A DNA stretch of 18,865 nt, taken from contig JAGWDQ010000139.1 in assembly GCA_018260615.1 (NCBI GenBank), positions 1-18,865 of the forward strand. The letters are read 5' to 3'. Position 1 is the stretch's first letter. Each line of letters opens with the position of its first letter. Of this stretch, positions 7,567 through 15,886 are shown piece after piece. The position numbers and the translations under genes are program-made. This DNA comes from Candidatus Altarchaeum sp. Lineage in GTDB: Archaea > Altiarchaeota > Altiarchaeia > Altiarchaeales > Altiarchaeaceae. The notes under the pieces are model-generated. The model did no database searches. It saw nothing but the letters and a program-made list of their open reading frames with translations, and was not told the origin of the DNA.

Positions 7567-8766
7567 ATGGAATTAAAACTTAAATCCATGCTTATCAAAA
7601 ATTTCAAGAGTTTAAAGGACACAAAAATAGAACTTACTGACTTCAATGTTCTTGTCGGGGTTAACGGGAGCGGGAAAAGCAACATTGTTGAAGTTTTCAG
7701 GTTTTTGAAGCATATAAATCAGGAAGGAATTATAAACCCTTTTATTAAATACGGGGGCTATAAAAACATCGTCTGGAAAAAGAATGAAGAATTACCTGTT
7801 GTATTTGAGTTAACATTCGAAAATAAAAAGAAGGAAACTTTGAGTTATGAACTCGCAATAAGCGGGTTCGGGGACGTTTTTAAGTTAGAAAAAGAATCAA
7901 TAATCTCAACTGATTTTTGGCTTGTAAATAACGGCAAAGATCTGATTTTCGAGTACAAAGGGCAAAAAATTAGTAAAGAAATTAAAGGCATGAGGAAAGA
8001 ATTGTTTGAAAATAGGGTGCTACTCTCCTCCAGTATGGTTCCTTGGGTCTTCAGTTCCCTTGTTGATTTAAAAAGCAAAGATGTGGATGCAATAATGAAT
8101 ACAATCGTTTCAATCTCAGATGTTATTCTCACACCCACGCACAATTTCATTCCGTTAAATATGAAATCTCCTGCAAAATTTGAATCGTCTGAAAGAAAAT
8201 TTTTACGCACATCTCAAGAGATTAGTTCATTGAATTATGACGGAAGCAACCTTCAAATGATTCTGTATGAGTTATTTTCCAAAAACAAAAGTGAATGGCC
8301 AAAAGAAGTTACTAACCGGTTAAAAATTTTATTTCCTGATATTGAAAATATGGTGCCTATCCCAACACCAGAAGGAAAGGTTATGCTTGAGGTAGTTGAA
8401 AATGGAACTAACTTTATTCCTCAGTCTCTTTCAGACGGTTTCTTTAAGATTATGGCAATTCTTGCTTTGAGTTTTGGAAAAACAGCACACAATATATTGG
8501 TGATAGATGAAATAGAAAACAGTTTGCACCCTGAGGCGATTGAAATTTTAATTGACGCACTTAAAAGTTCAAAAAAGCAGGTTATAATCACAACGCACTC
8601 GCCGATTGTATTGAATGTGTGCAAAGTTGAAGACATTTTGTTTGTTAAAAAAGAGGTTGATGAAACAAAGGTCTCGAGAGTGGAGAATGCGGAAAAATTA
8701 AAAAAAGATTTAGAAAAAGCAGGAATATCAACCGGTGAGGGCTGGTTGTATAATGTTTTAGAATGA
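7567..8766 (+). CDS. ABC/SMC-like ATPase (AAA_15/AAA_21-like), putative defence-system ATPase
   Basis: N-terminal IKNFKS, Walker A GVNGSGKS, signature LSDG, Walker B/D-loop ILVIDEIENSLHP, H-loop ITTHS. Confidence 0.9.
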   Translation: MELKLKSMLIKNFKSLKDTKIELTDFNVLVGVNGSGKSNIVEVFRFLKHINQEGIINPFIKYGGYKNIVWKKNEELPVVFELTFENKKKETLSYELAISGFGDVFKLEKESIISTDFWLVNNGKDLIFEYKGQKISKEIKGMRKELFENRVLLSSSMVPWVFSSLVDLKSKDVDAIMNTIVSISDVILTPTHNFIPLNMKSPAKFESSERKFLRTSQEISSLNYDGSNLQMILYELFSKNKSEWPKEVTNRLKILFPDIENMVPIPTPEGKVMLEVVENGTNFIPQSLSDGFFKIMAILALSFGKTAHNILVIDEIENSLHPEAIEILIDALKSSKKQVIITTHSPIVLNVCKVEDILFVKKEVDETKVSRVENAEKLKKDLEKAGISTGEGWLYNVLE

Positions 8767-9236
8767 GAAACTGTAAATCATTTTATATTTTGACTGAGGA
8801 CAGGTATGGTGTTAAATTTTTTGATCGCCTGCTTAAAAGAATTGAAAGAGAGTTGGGAATTAAAATTTCACAGCACAGGTGCATACAATCGACAATGGGC
8901 GATGGAGTCATGGACAGTAAAATTGTTCAACTTGCAAGAACAGGATGGATAAGATATGATTGTGTGATTTTCGTTCGGGACGGAGACAGGAAAAGAAAGG
9001 AAATATACGAAAAATTAAATAAAAAAATTTCTGACTTGCCAAAGGAAAATAATAAACACGCGGTGATTATTGTCTTTGAAAAAGCAATAGAATCCGATTG
9101 GATTGAAAAAGGAACCCGCGAAAAAATTGATTACAAACTAAAAGCAGAACTTCCGGATTATGCAGATAAACTGGATATAAACCAGCTCAGAGAAGATGTT
9201 AATTTCAAAAAATTTGTTTCAGCGGTGGATCCTTAA
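8763..9236 (+). CDS. Small TOPRIM-like protein coupled to the ATPase
   Basis: ATGA overlap with the ATPase stop; ILTED (catalytic Glu after a beta strand) and FVRDGD (DxD) motifs; 157 aa. Fold is inferred from motifs. Confidence 0.7.
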   Translation: MRNCKSFYILTEDRYGVKFFDRLLKRIERELGIKISQHRCIQSTMGDGVMDSKIVQLARTGWIRYDCVIFVRDGDRKRKEIYEKLNKKISDLPKENNKHAVIIVFEKAIESDWIEKGTREKIDYKLKAELPDYADKLDINQLREDVNFKKFVSAVDP

Positions 9237-9361
9237 CAAAAATTAGGCGGTGCCTGCACTGACTGGAGAATTCAAAGAGCAATGTTTTTGATGTTTTAAA
9301 TTTTCTTGTTTTCATAATTACTTTTCACTTTTAAATTTATTTTTGTGGTTTTATAATAAAA

Positions 9362-11014
9362 ATGTTCTGGGCAGATCAGTTAGCAAATCAGACAGTCGTC
9401 AGGGTTGAAAAGGAATTTGCAGAAGGAAAAAATAAAGAGAAAATTTTAACAATAAGATGCGGTCAAACACCATCCGGGGGAAAACACATCGGAAATTTAA
9501 ACGATGTTATCAGAGCATACTTTGTTTATAAATCAGTAAAGGAAAAGATTGCTAACAAAGAGTGGAACGGAAATGTAAAATTTATTCACACAAGCGATGA
9601 CAGAGACCCGCTGAAGGACATTCCAACCAGGATTATGGATTTGGATAGCAGATGGCATGAAACAAAAAATTTAGACCTTGAAAAATTTTTGGGAATGCCT
9701 TTATGCAGAGTTCCGGATCCTTTTGGCTGCTGTCCGTCGTGGAGCGAACACTTTACAAAGGTATGGGTGGAAGGAATAAAAGCAATCGGAATTGAGGATA
9801 TGGAAATTTATTACAACGATAATTTATACAAGCAGGGAAAATTTGAGCCATACATAAAAACAATTTTTGAAAACAGGGAAAAAGTCGGCGAAATAGTTAC
9901 AAAATTTCAGCAGACAAAACATGAAAATTACATTCCGTTTGATGCGATTTGTCCGAACTGCGGACGACTGGCAAATATAGATGGCTTTGATTTGAACAAC
10001 AGGACGGTAAAATTTAAATGCGGCGGAAAGGAAATAAAAAAGAAAAAAACAGAGGGCTGCGGATATGAAGGAGAAGCAGGTATTGCAGAAGGAAAATTGC
10101 AGTGGAGGTATGAATGGCCTGCACAATGGGGAATTTTTAATACAACCTACGAGCCATTCGGAAAAGACCACTTTGAAGGGAGCTGGAAGAGCGGACAGGT
10201 CATTGCGAGAGAAATTTACAACATTGAGCCGCCAATCCCGTTTGTTTATGAATTTTTCCTTGTAAACGGAGAAAAGATGTCGGCAAGTAAAGGAAATGTT
10301 TATGTTACGCAGGATATTTTAAAAATTTTAGAGCCGGAAGTTTTGCTTTACTTTTACACAAAAAAGCCCGAGAAGCAGAGGGATTTATCTCTGGCGGAAA
10401 TTTTTCGTCTGGTTGATGAATTTGATACCGTTGAGAAAATTTATTACGGTGTTGAAGAGGGAAGGACAGAACACGAAACAGAGGATGCAAAAAGAATGTA
10501 TGACATAAGCACGAACAAAAAATTTTCAGTCCCGCCGAAACGACTGCCTTATGTTTTTGCTTCAACATTAGCACAGATTTACGGGGAAAAGGCAACTGAA
10601 AAAGTAAAAGAGATGAATAAAAAGGCAGGACAAATATTGTATGATGAGGACATGGCAAAAATACGGCTTGAAAAGGCAGGCAACTGGGCAGATTTATACA
10701 TTCCGGAAACAGAGCGGATTAGAATAATTGATGATGAAGAGGCACAAAAAATTGAGCTCGGGCTTGATGATAAGGTTAAGGAATTATTAAACAAATTTGC
10801 AGAAATGTCTACACAAAATTTAAGCGGAAAAGAAATAACAATAAGAATAGGGGAATTGATAAAGGTCTCGGGGGATAAAGAGTTATCCGTAAAATTTTAT
10901 AAGGCATGTTATATGATGTTGTTTGGCAAAGAGAAAGGCCCGAAATTAGCGGGTTTTATTGATACATTAGATAAGGAGTTTATAATTAAGAGATTTAAAA
11001 GCGGGGAAAAATAG
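9362..11014 (+). CDS. lysS: Class I lysyl-tRNA synthetase
   Basis: TPSGGKHIGN, DDRDPL, CPNCG, GKLQWRYEWPAQW, EPFGKDH, KMSASKGN, GPKLAGFI. Confidence 0.97.
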   Translation: MFWADQLANQTVVRVEKEFAEGKNKEKILTIRCGQTPSGGKHIGNLNDVIRAYFVYKSVKEKIANKEWNGNVKFIHTSDDRDPLKDIPTRIMDLDSRWHETKNLDLEKFLGMPLCRVPDPFGCCPSWSEHFTKVWVEGIKAIGIEDMEIYYNDNLYKQGKFEPYIKTIFENREKVGEIVTKFQQTKHENYIPFDAICPNCGRLANIDGFDLNNRTVKFKCGGKEIKKKKTEGCGYEGEAGIAEGKLQWRYEWPAQWGIFNTTYEPFGKDHFEGSWKSGQVIAREIYNIEPPIPFVYEFFLVNGEKMSASKGNVYVTQDILKILEPEVLLYFYTKKPEKQRDLSLAEIFRLVDEFDTVEKIYYGVEEGRTEHETEDAKRMYDISTNKKFSVPPKRLPYVFASTLAQIYGEKATEKVKEMNKKAGQILYDEDMAKIRLEKAGNWADLYIPETERIRIIDDEEAQKIELGLDDKVKELLNKFAEMSTQNLSGKEITIRIGELIKVSGDKELSVKFYKACYMMLFGKEKGPKLAGFIDTLDKEFIIKRFKSGEK

Positions 11015-11359
11015 AAAAATTTAAATTTAGAAGTTTAATTTAGTAGAGTTGTTGCAAATTAAAAATTTTGCAGATGATTAAAGATAAAAATTGATAAAAT
11101 TTAAGGTGAAAGAATTATTTTGCAACATGTCTATTATTTATCAAACCGAAGACGGAAAAACTCGCGTTGAAGTTCGATTTGAACATGAAAATGTATGGTT
11201 AACGCAAAAGCTCATGGCAGAACTTTTTGGAACAACAAAACAAAATGTTAGTTTGCATCTGCAAAACATATTTAAGGACAAAGAATTAAGTCAGGATTCA
11301 CTTGTAAAGGATTTCTTGACAACTGCCTCGGAGGGGTAAAAATAGAAAAATTTAAATTT
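11007..11359. repeat. 22-bp direct repeat (AAAAATAGAAAAATTTAAATTT) flanking the rhuM-like insert
   Basis: Copies at 11007-11028 (contains the lysS stop) and 11338-11359, each preceded by GGGG or GGGGT. Confidence 0.75.
11127..11339 (+). pseudogene. 5' fragment of a RhuM-family / Fic-associated DNA-binding protein gene
   Basis: IIYQTEDGKTRVEVRFEHENVWLTQKLMAELFGTTKQNVSLHLQNIF...KDFLTTA matches the N-terminus of RhuM-like proteins as I recall it; it stops after ~70 aa. ATG at 11127 preferred. Confidence 0.8.
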
Positions 11360-11437
11360 TAATATTATTGTAAATCTAATTATTATAAATTTTAATATTT
11401 TAATTTTAATTAGTTAGATAAAATTTATTACTTTCAA

Positions 11438-12070
11438 ATGGATATAATTGCAAAACTCATCGTAAGAGGATTTATTCAGGGTGTAGGGTATAGGGCATAT
11501 GTTAAGCAGCTAGCATATAGATTAAAAATCAGAGGAAATGTTAAAAATTTACCTGACGGCGGCGTTGAAATATATTGTAATGCTCCAAATGAGGTAATTT
11601 ATAATAAATTTAAAGAAAAATTAAAAGAAGGTTCCGGAGAAGTCGAGGAAATAGAAGAATATTTTGAAGGTGATAAAAAGTTTGGAATGCTCCCAAAAGA
11701 TTGGAGGGGGTTTAATATTTTAAGAGATGAAACAAGCAGCATTGAAGAAACACTAGATTTTGTTGTTCTCGGAGGTAGAGAAATAATAAATAAAATAGAC
11801 AATCTTGGAAATAAAATAGACAATCTTGGAAATAAAATAGACAATCTCGGAAATAAAATAGACAATCTTACATCTGTAACAACGGATAATTTTAACATAC
11901 TTGACACAAAATATGGTCTAATTTCTCAAAACATGAATAAAATATTGGAAGAACTCATAAAAGAAAGGGAAGAAACAAAAAAAGAATTGATAAAAGAAAG
12001 AGAGGAGTCAAGGAAGTCAATAGAACGACTTGTTGAAGCAATATTGAAAGGCAAAGATAAAAAAATTTAA
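11438..12070 (+). CDS. acyP: Acylphosphatase domain with C-terminal coiled-coil extension
   Basis: GFIQGVGYR and GNVKNLPDGGVE motifs in the first ~50 aa; ~115-aa helical tail. Confidence 0.85.
   Translation: MDIIAKLIVRGFIQGVGYRAYVKQLAYRLKIRGNVKNLPDGGVEIYCNAPNEVIYNKFKEKLKEGSGEVEEIEEYFEGDKKFGMLPKDWRGFNILRDETSSIEETLDFVVLGGREIINKIDNLGNKIDNLGNKIDNLGNKIDNLTSVTTDNFNILDTKYGLISQNMNKILEELIKEREETKKELIKEREESRKSIERLVEAILKGKDKKI
11789..11869 (+). repeat. In-frame 21-bp tandem repeat (NKIDNLG), about 3.9 copies
   Basis: AATAAAATAGACAATCT(T/C)GGA at 11789, 11810 and 11831, partial copy at 11852. Confidence 0.95.
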
Positions 12071-12126
12071 AATAAATTTTTAATGTCAAAATAAGCATCC
12101 AACGTAAAATTTATCATAATTGTAAA

Positions 12127-12423
12127 ATGGTTTATGGTTCGCATGGGTTTTTAAGGAGATCAAGAAACACATTAAAAGGAAAACCGCGGGATAGGGGAAA
12201 AATAAGTATAAGAAAGTACTTTCAGGAATTTGCAGTCGGAGAAACAGCAGGAATAAGTATAGATGTAAAATACCGGAACATTCCGTATCCGAAATTTAAC
12301 GGCAAGCTTGGAAAAATTACGGGACAGCAGGGAAGAGCATACTACATCAACATAAATGATAACGGAAGAAAAAAGGATGTTCTTGTCAGTCCGGAGCATT
12401 TGCAGAAGATTAACAAGGGCTAA
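12127..12423 (+). CDS. rpl21e: 50S ribosomal protein eL21
   Basis: GSHGFLRRSRNTLK, PYPKFNGKLG, QQGRAY, VSPEHL. Confidence 0.95.
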   Translation: MVYGSHGFLRRSRNTLKGKPRDRGKISIRKYFQEFAVGETAGISIDVKYRNIPYPKFNGKLGKITGQQGRAYYININDNGRKKDVLVSPEHLQKINKG

Positions 12424-12440
12424 ATTTATATTAAGTTAAG

Positions 12441-12785
12441 ATGAAAATAATAGAAAAGAAATTAACAACTCTTTCTCATGTAAGGGAAATTTTACTGAAA
12501 AGGGAAAAAGAAGCGGTAGACGGTGAGCCGATGACCGACGAACAAAAAAAACTGCTGAATTATACGGGCAAATTTTCAACATTGTCTGCAAAAGATGCGG
12601 AGGACTTACAAAAGAAGTTAACTGGCTTAAATTTGGGACTTTCGGGGGCTCAAATCGTAAAAATTACAGATATACTTCCAAAAAATACTGATGAAGTAAG
12701 AGCCATATTTTCAAAGGATGAAAAATTTGCACATAATACCGATGAGCTCAAACAGATTCTTGAGTCCATTGCCCAATATGTATAA
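12441..12785 (+). CDS. rpoF: RNA polymerase subunit Rpo4 (F)
   Basis: TLSHVREIL, EQKKLLNY, KITDILPKNTDEVRAIF; conserved position after rpl21e. Confidence 0.9.
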   Translation: MKIIEKKLTTLSHVREILLKREKEAVDGEPMTDEQKKLLNYTGKFSTLSAKDAEDLQKKLTGLNLGLSGAQIVKITDILPKNTDEVRAIFSKDEKFAHNTDELKQILESIAQYV

Positions 12786-12864
12786 ATTTTCCTTTAAATA
12801 AAAACCGGATAGAAAAATTAAACATTAGAAAAATTCAGGGCAAAATTTAATTTATATTTTTAAA

Positions 12865-13506
12865 ATGGAAACCAGGAGAGATAACTATGTAAGGGTTTTG
12901 GACTTAAAGGAAGTTAGCAAAGGTAATGCGCCCTTTAAGACAATTCCTGCTGTTCAGGTAATCGGAGAAGAATATTATACTCTGCTTGAAGTTGCTCCGA
13001 AAGACAATGTAAAATTAGAGGTTAATGAAAGAGTATATATTGGTGATGAAAAAAGAGACAAAGTAGATCATATTGTCCGAAGAATAACATACAACGACCT
13101 TACAAATAGTGCAAAAAACGCCTTAATTGAGGTAATTTCACAGATTGTAATAAACAGGGAAAAATATTTTATTCAGTTTATGAATACAATCAGTCCTCTG
13201 AATGTCCGAATGCACTCTCTGGAAACATTTCCGGGTATTGGAAAAAAACTGACATCTGAAATTATAAATGAAAGAAACATTAAACCGTTTGATGACTTCA
13301 AAGATCTTCAAAAAAGAGTTAAAAGTGTCGGTGATATTTCAGTTCACATTGCAGAGAAAATTGTTGAAGAATTAAAAGGAGAAAGCACGCATTATTTTTT
13401 TATAGATTCAGAAAACAGGGGCAATGTTGCCCGAGAACAAACAAGGACGGAAAGAGGCAGAAGAGAAGGATATGGTGATCGATCGGGATACAGAAGAAAT
13501 AGATAA
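12865..13506 (+). CDS. DUF655 / COG1491 predicted RNA-binding protein
   Basis: VQVIGEEYYTLLEV, RMHSLETFPGIGKK (HhH), PFDDFKDLQKRV; conserved position after rpoF; Arg/Gly-rich tail. Confidence 0.88.
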   Translation: METRRDNYVRVLDLKEVSKGNAPFKTIPAVQVIGEEYYTLLEVAPKDNVKLEVNERVYIGDEKRDKVDHIVRRITYNDLTNSAKNALIEVISQIVINREKYFIQFMNTISPLNVRMHSLETFPGIGKKLTSEIINERNIKPFDDFKDLQKRVKSVGDISVHIAEKIVEELKGESTHYFFIDSENRGNVAREQTRTERGRREGYGDRSGYRRNR

Positions 13507-13523
13507 AACATAAAAGTTAAAAG

Positions 13524-13733
13524 ATGAATCAAATATTTGACGGGGTCTATAGAGAAGGCAGGAATATAGCAACAAAAAATAAATTTAAGGGAAATACAGT
13601 ATATGGTGAAAAAATTATATCTGAAAAAGGTAATGGAATGAACTTTTCTTTCTTTGGAAAAGAAAGAAAACACTCTGAAAAGAAAGAAAAAACAAACAAT
13701 GGAAAAATTTATAAACTTTATTTAAAAGGATGA
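13524..13733 (+). pseudogene. Duplicated fibrillarin 5' end (37 codons) reading through the inserted element, 69-aa chimeric ORF
   Basis: 13524-13635 identical to 13730-13841 (112 bp). Confidence 0.9.
13636..13729. mobile_element. Small non-coding element (ATGAAC-Y tract-R tract-CACTCTG-R tract-AAAC-tail), copy B
   Basis: Same architecture as 6459-6539. Mobility is inferred. Confidence 0.65.
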
Positions 13734-14371
13734 ATCAAATATTTGACGGGGTCTATAGAGAAGGCAGGAATATAGCAACAAAAAATAAATTTAAGGGAAA
13801 TACAGTATATGGTGAAAAAATTATATCTGAAAAAGGTAATGAATACCGGCTATGGGATCCCGAAAGAAGCAAATTAGCAGCGGCAATACAAAACGGACTA
13901 AGAAACTGGACAATAAAAAAGGACTATAATGTTCTCTATCTGGGCGCATCTTCCGGAACAACGCCAAGTCATGTGGCGGATATATCAAATCTGGTTTTTG
14001 CCGTTGAAATTTCAAAAAGAATGATGCGAAATCTTATACAGGTCTCTGAAATAAGAACAAATATAATTCCTGTTTTGGCAAGTGCATTAAAGCCGGAAAC
14101 ATATATGGACAGAATACTGTCTGTTGATTTCATTTATCAGGATGTTGCACAGCCGAATCAGGCGGAAATTTTAAACAAAAACGCTGAAATTTTTAAGCCG
14201 AAATTTGCCATGCTCGCAATAAAAGCAAGAAGTATAGATGTTCTAAAAAATCCGTCCCAGATATTTAAAAGAGAAATAGCAAAACTGAAAAATTTTGAGG
14301 TTCTTGAAATTATAAAACTGTATCCTTATGACAAGGACCATGTTCTGGTGAATTTGAGATATAAGGGCTAA
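13730..14371 (+). CDS. flpA: Fibrillarin (box C/D 2'-O-methyltransferase)
   Basis: VYGE, EYRLWDPERSKLAA, VLYLGASSGTTPSHVAD, IYQDVAQPNQAEI, LYPYDKDH. Confidence 0.96.
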   Translation: MNQIFDGVYREGRNIATKNKFKGNTVYGEKIISEKGNEYRLWDPERSKLAAAIQNGLRNWTIKKDYNVLYLGASSGTTPSHVADISNLVFAVEISKRMMRNLIQVSEIRTNIIPVLASALKPETYMDRILSVDFIYQDVAQPNQAEILNKNAEIFKPKFAMLAIKARSIDVLKNPSQIFKREIAKLKNFEVLEIIKLYPYDKDHVLVNLRYKG

Positions 14372-14461
14372 ATAAATTTTAAAAAATTTAAATTTTCACT
14401 TAAACTTTGAAATTATTTAATTAAAATATTAATATATTATATTTATAAATTTCAGAGCACA

Positions 14462-14824
14462 ATGGATGAAATAATTGTATTGACCCTTCCTTTATATGCC
14501 ATAGCAATAATTGGCACATTTATATTAAATAGCGCAAATAGTTTGGATGAGCGGGCCATCAAAAAGAAGAAAGGATATACTAACCTAAAACCATTAAAAA
14601 ATTTGGTTGGAATATTTTCAATAATTTCAGTTATGTTGGTTATAGCATTCTATATTTTACTTTCTTTTTTTGCTTCTACACAAACCGGAAACACAATATC
14701 ATCGCTTGGGGAACACATAGCCAGAATTTCACTTATTTTTTTATTACTCGCTCTATTTTTTATATTACGGAGTTATTATCTTACAAGACAACATATTGAG
14801 ATTAAAATTAAAATAAAAGATTAA
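14462..14824 (+). CDS. Hypothetical membrane protein (about 3 hydrophobic segments)
   Basis: 120-aa ORF with ATG, three long hydrophobic stretches; no recognised family. Confidence 0.6.
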   Translation: MDEIIVLTLPLYAIAIIGTFILNSANSLDERAIKKKKGYTNLKPLKNLVGIFSIISVMLVIAFYILLSFFASTQTGNTISSLGEHIARISLIFLLLALFFILRSYYLTRQHIEIKIKIKD

Positions 14825-14833
14825 TATATTAAA

Positions 14834-15673
14834 ATGGACGGCGAGTTTATAAATACAAATAGGATAAAAGATCATATGATGAGCTGGAACGATGTATGGA
14901 ATGACAAGTATTTTGTTTTATCTTGTATTTTTTTGGGTTTGAGCATAATAATGGGGGGAATTATAGTATTGCCTTTTGATATTGGCATGCCTGATTCTAG
15001 CATTATAGATATTTTTATAGGGGGGATAATTTCCGCAGTAATAATAGGATATGTGTCTAAAGATGGGAATGTAGTTTCATTACCAATAGACATTTCTGAT
15101 AAAGAAATTGAAGGGGAAAAAGTAAGAGATCTAAAAAGTGGCGAATTAAATCCGGGTTTTGCGGGAAAGATAGTTGCAAAAAGTTTGATAGAAAACAATG
15201 GATGTGTCTTAATAGACAAATATCTTTGTATTGGAAAAGAAGCGGATAAAAAATTTATACCTTCCGAATGTTTAAAAGAGATACTAAAATCAGATAAAAT
15301 AACAATTAAAAGAAAAACGGACACAAGTACAAAGTTTGATGGCACAAAAGGGATTGTTGAGCACAACACAGTACATTATTGTATAATGGATGGAGGAACA
15401 CTATTCCACCATCATGATAAAGGTGAGAGGAGTGTTTGGAATTGGACAGTTTCATACCTTAAAAAAAAAGAATTAGAAAAAAATTTTGAGAAAGAGTTTA
15501 ATGATAAAGAAGCAAAGTCCATCTCATCAGAGATAATTAAAAATGAATTAAAAGAGAATATCGACCAAAAAAATTCTAAACCCAACTTTTTAGTGTTAAG
15601 CAATAATAAGAGGTATAGATGCTCCGCAACTGAAGAGATGCAAAAATTTTATGATGCTTTAAATTTTAATTAA
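14834..15673 (+). CDS. Hypothetical protein with two N-terminal hydrophobic segments and a soluble C-terminal domain
   Basis: 279-aa ORF, 9 bp after the previous gene; no recognised family. Confidence 0.65.
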   Translation: MDGEFINTNRIKDHMMSWNDVWNDKYFVLSCIFLGLSIIMGGIIVLPFDIGMPDSSIIDIFIGGIISAVIIGYVSKDGNVVSLPIDISDKEIEGEKVRDLKSGELNPGFAGKIVAKSLIENNGCVLIDKYLCIGKEADKKFIPSECLKEILKSDKITIKRKTDTSTKFDGTKGIVEHNTVHYCIMDGGTLFHHHDKGERSVWNWTVSYLKKKELEKNFEKEFNDKEAKSISSEIIKNELKENIDQKNSKPNFLVLSNNKRYRCSATEEMQKFYDALNFN

Positions 15674-15757
15674 AAGCACAAAGAAATACGTGTAAAAACA
15701 AAATTCATTTTTCACATTGTAATTTACTTTTAAATTTTAAAAATTTATAATGGGCGG

Positions 15758-15803
15758 AGCAATTTCACACACGGATGCTGACGGGGTCTTAGCAGTGGTT
15801 ATG
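15758..15803 (+). pseudogene. Diverged 46-bp copy of the DHH gene 5' end (AISHTDADGVLAVVM), inside a 23-codon mini-ORF at 15750-15821
   Basis: 39/46 identical to 15895-15940. Confidence 0.85.
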
Positions 15804-15886
15804 GGCTTCTCGCTGTTCTAAAAAAACCGAGGGGAAAGGAACAGAATAATAAATTTTATAATAATATTTTAAATTTTATAAATCAA

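Noticed and set aside
36-11062. Shared IS-end-like motif (TAGACCAGTTGCGAAAT reversed at ~39-55; TAGAGTTGTTGCAAAT at ~11044-11059)
   Set aside because: Similarity is short and partial in AT-rich DNA; no partner end or transposase is present.
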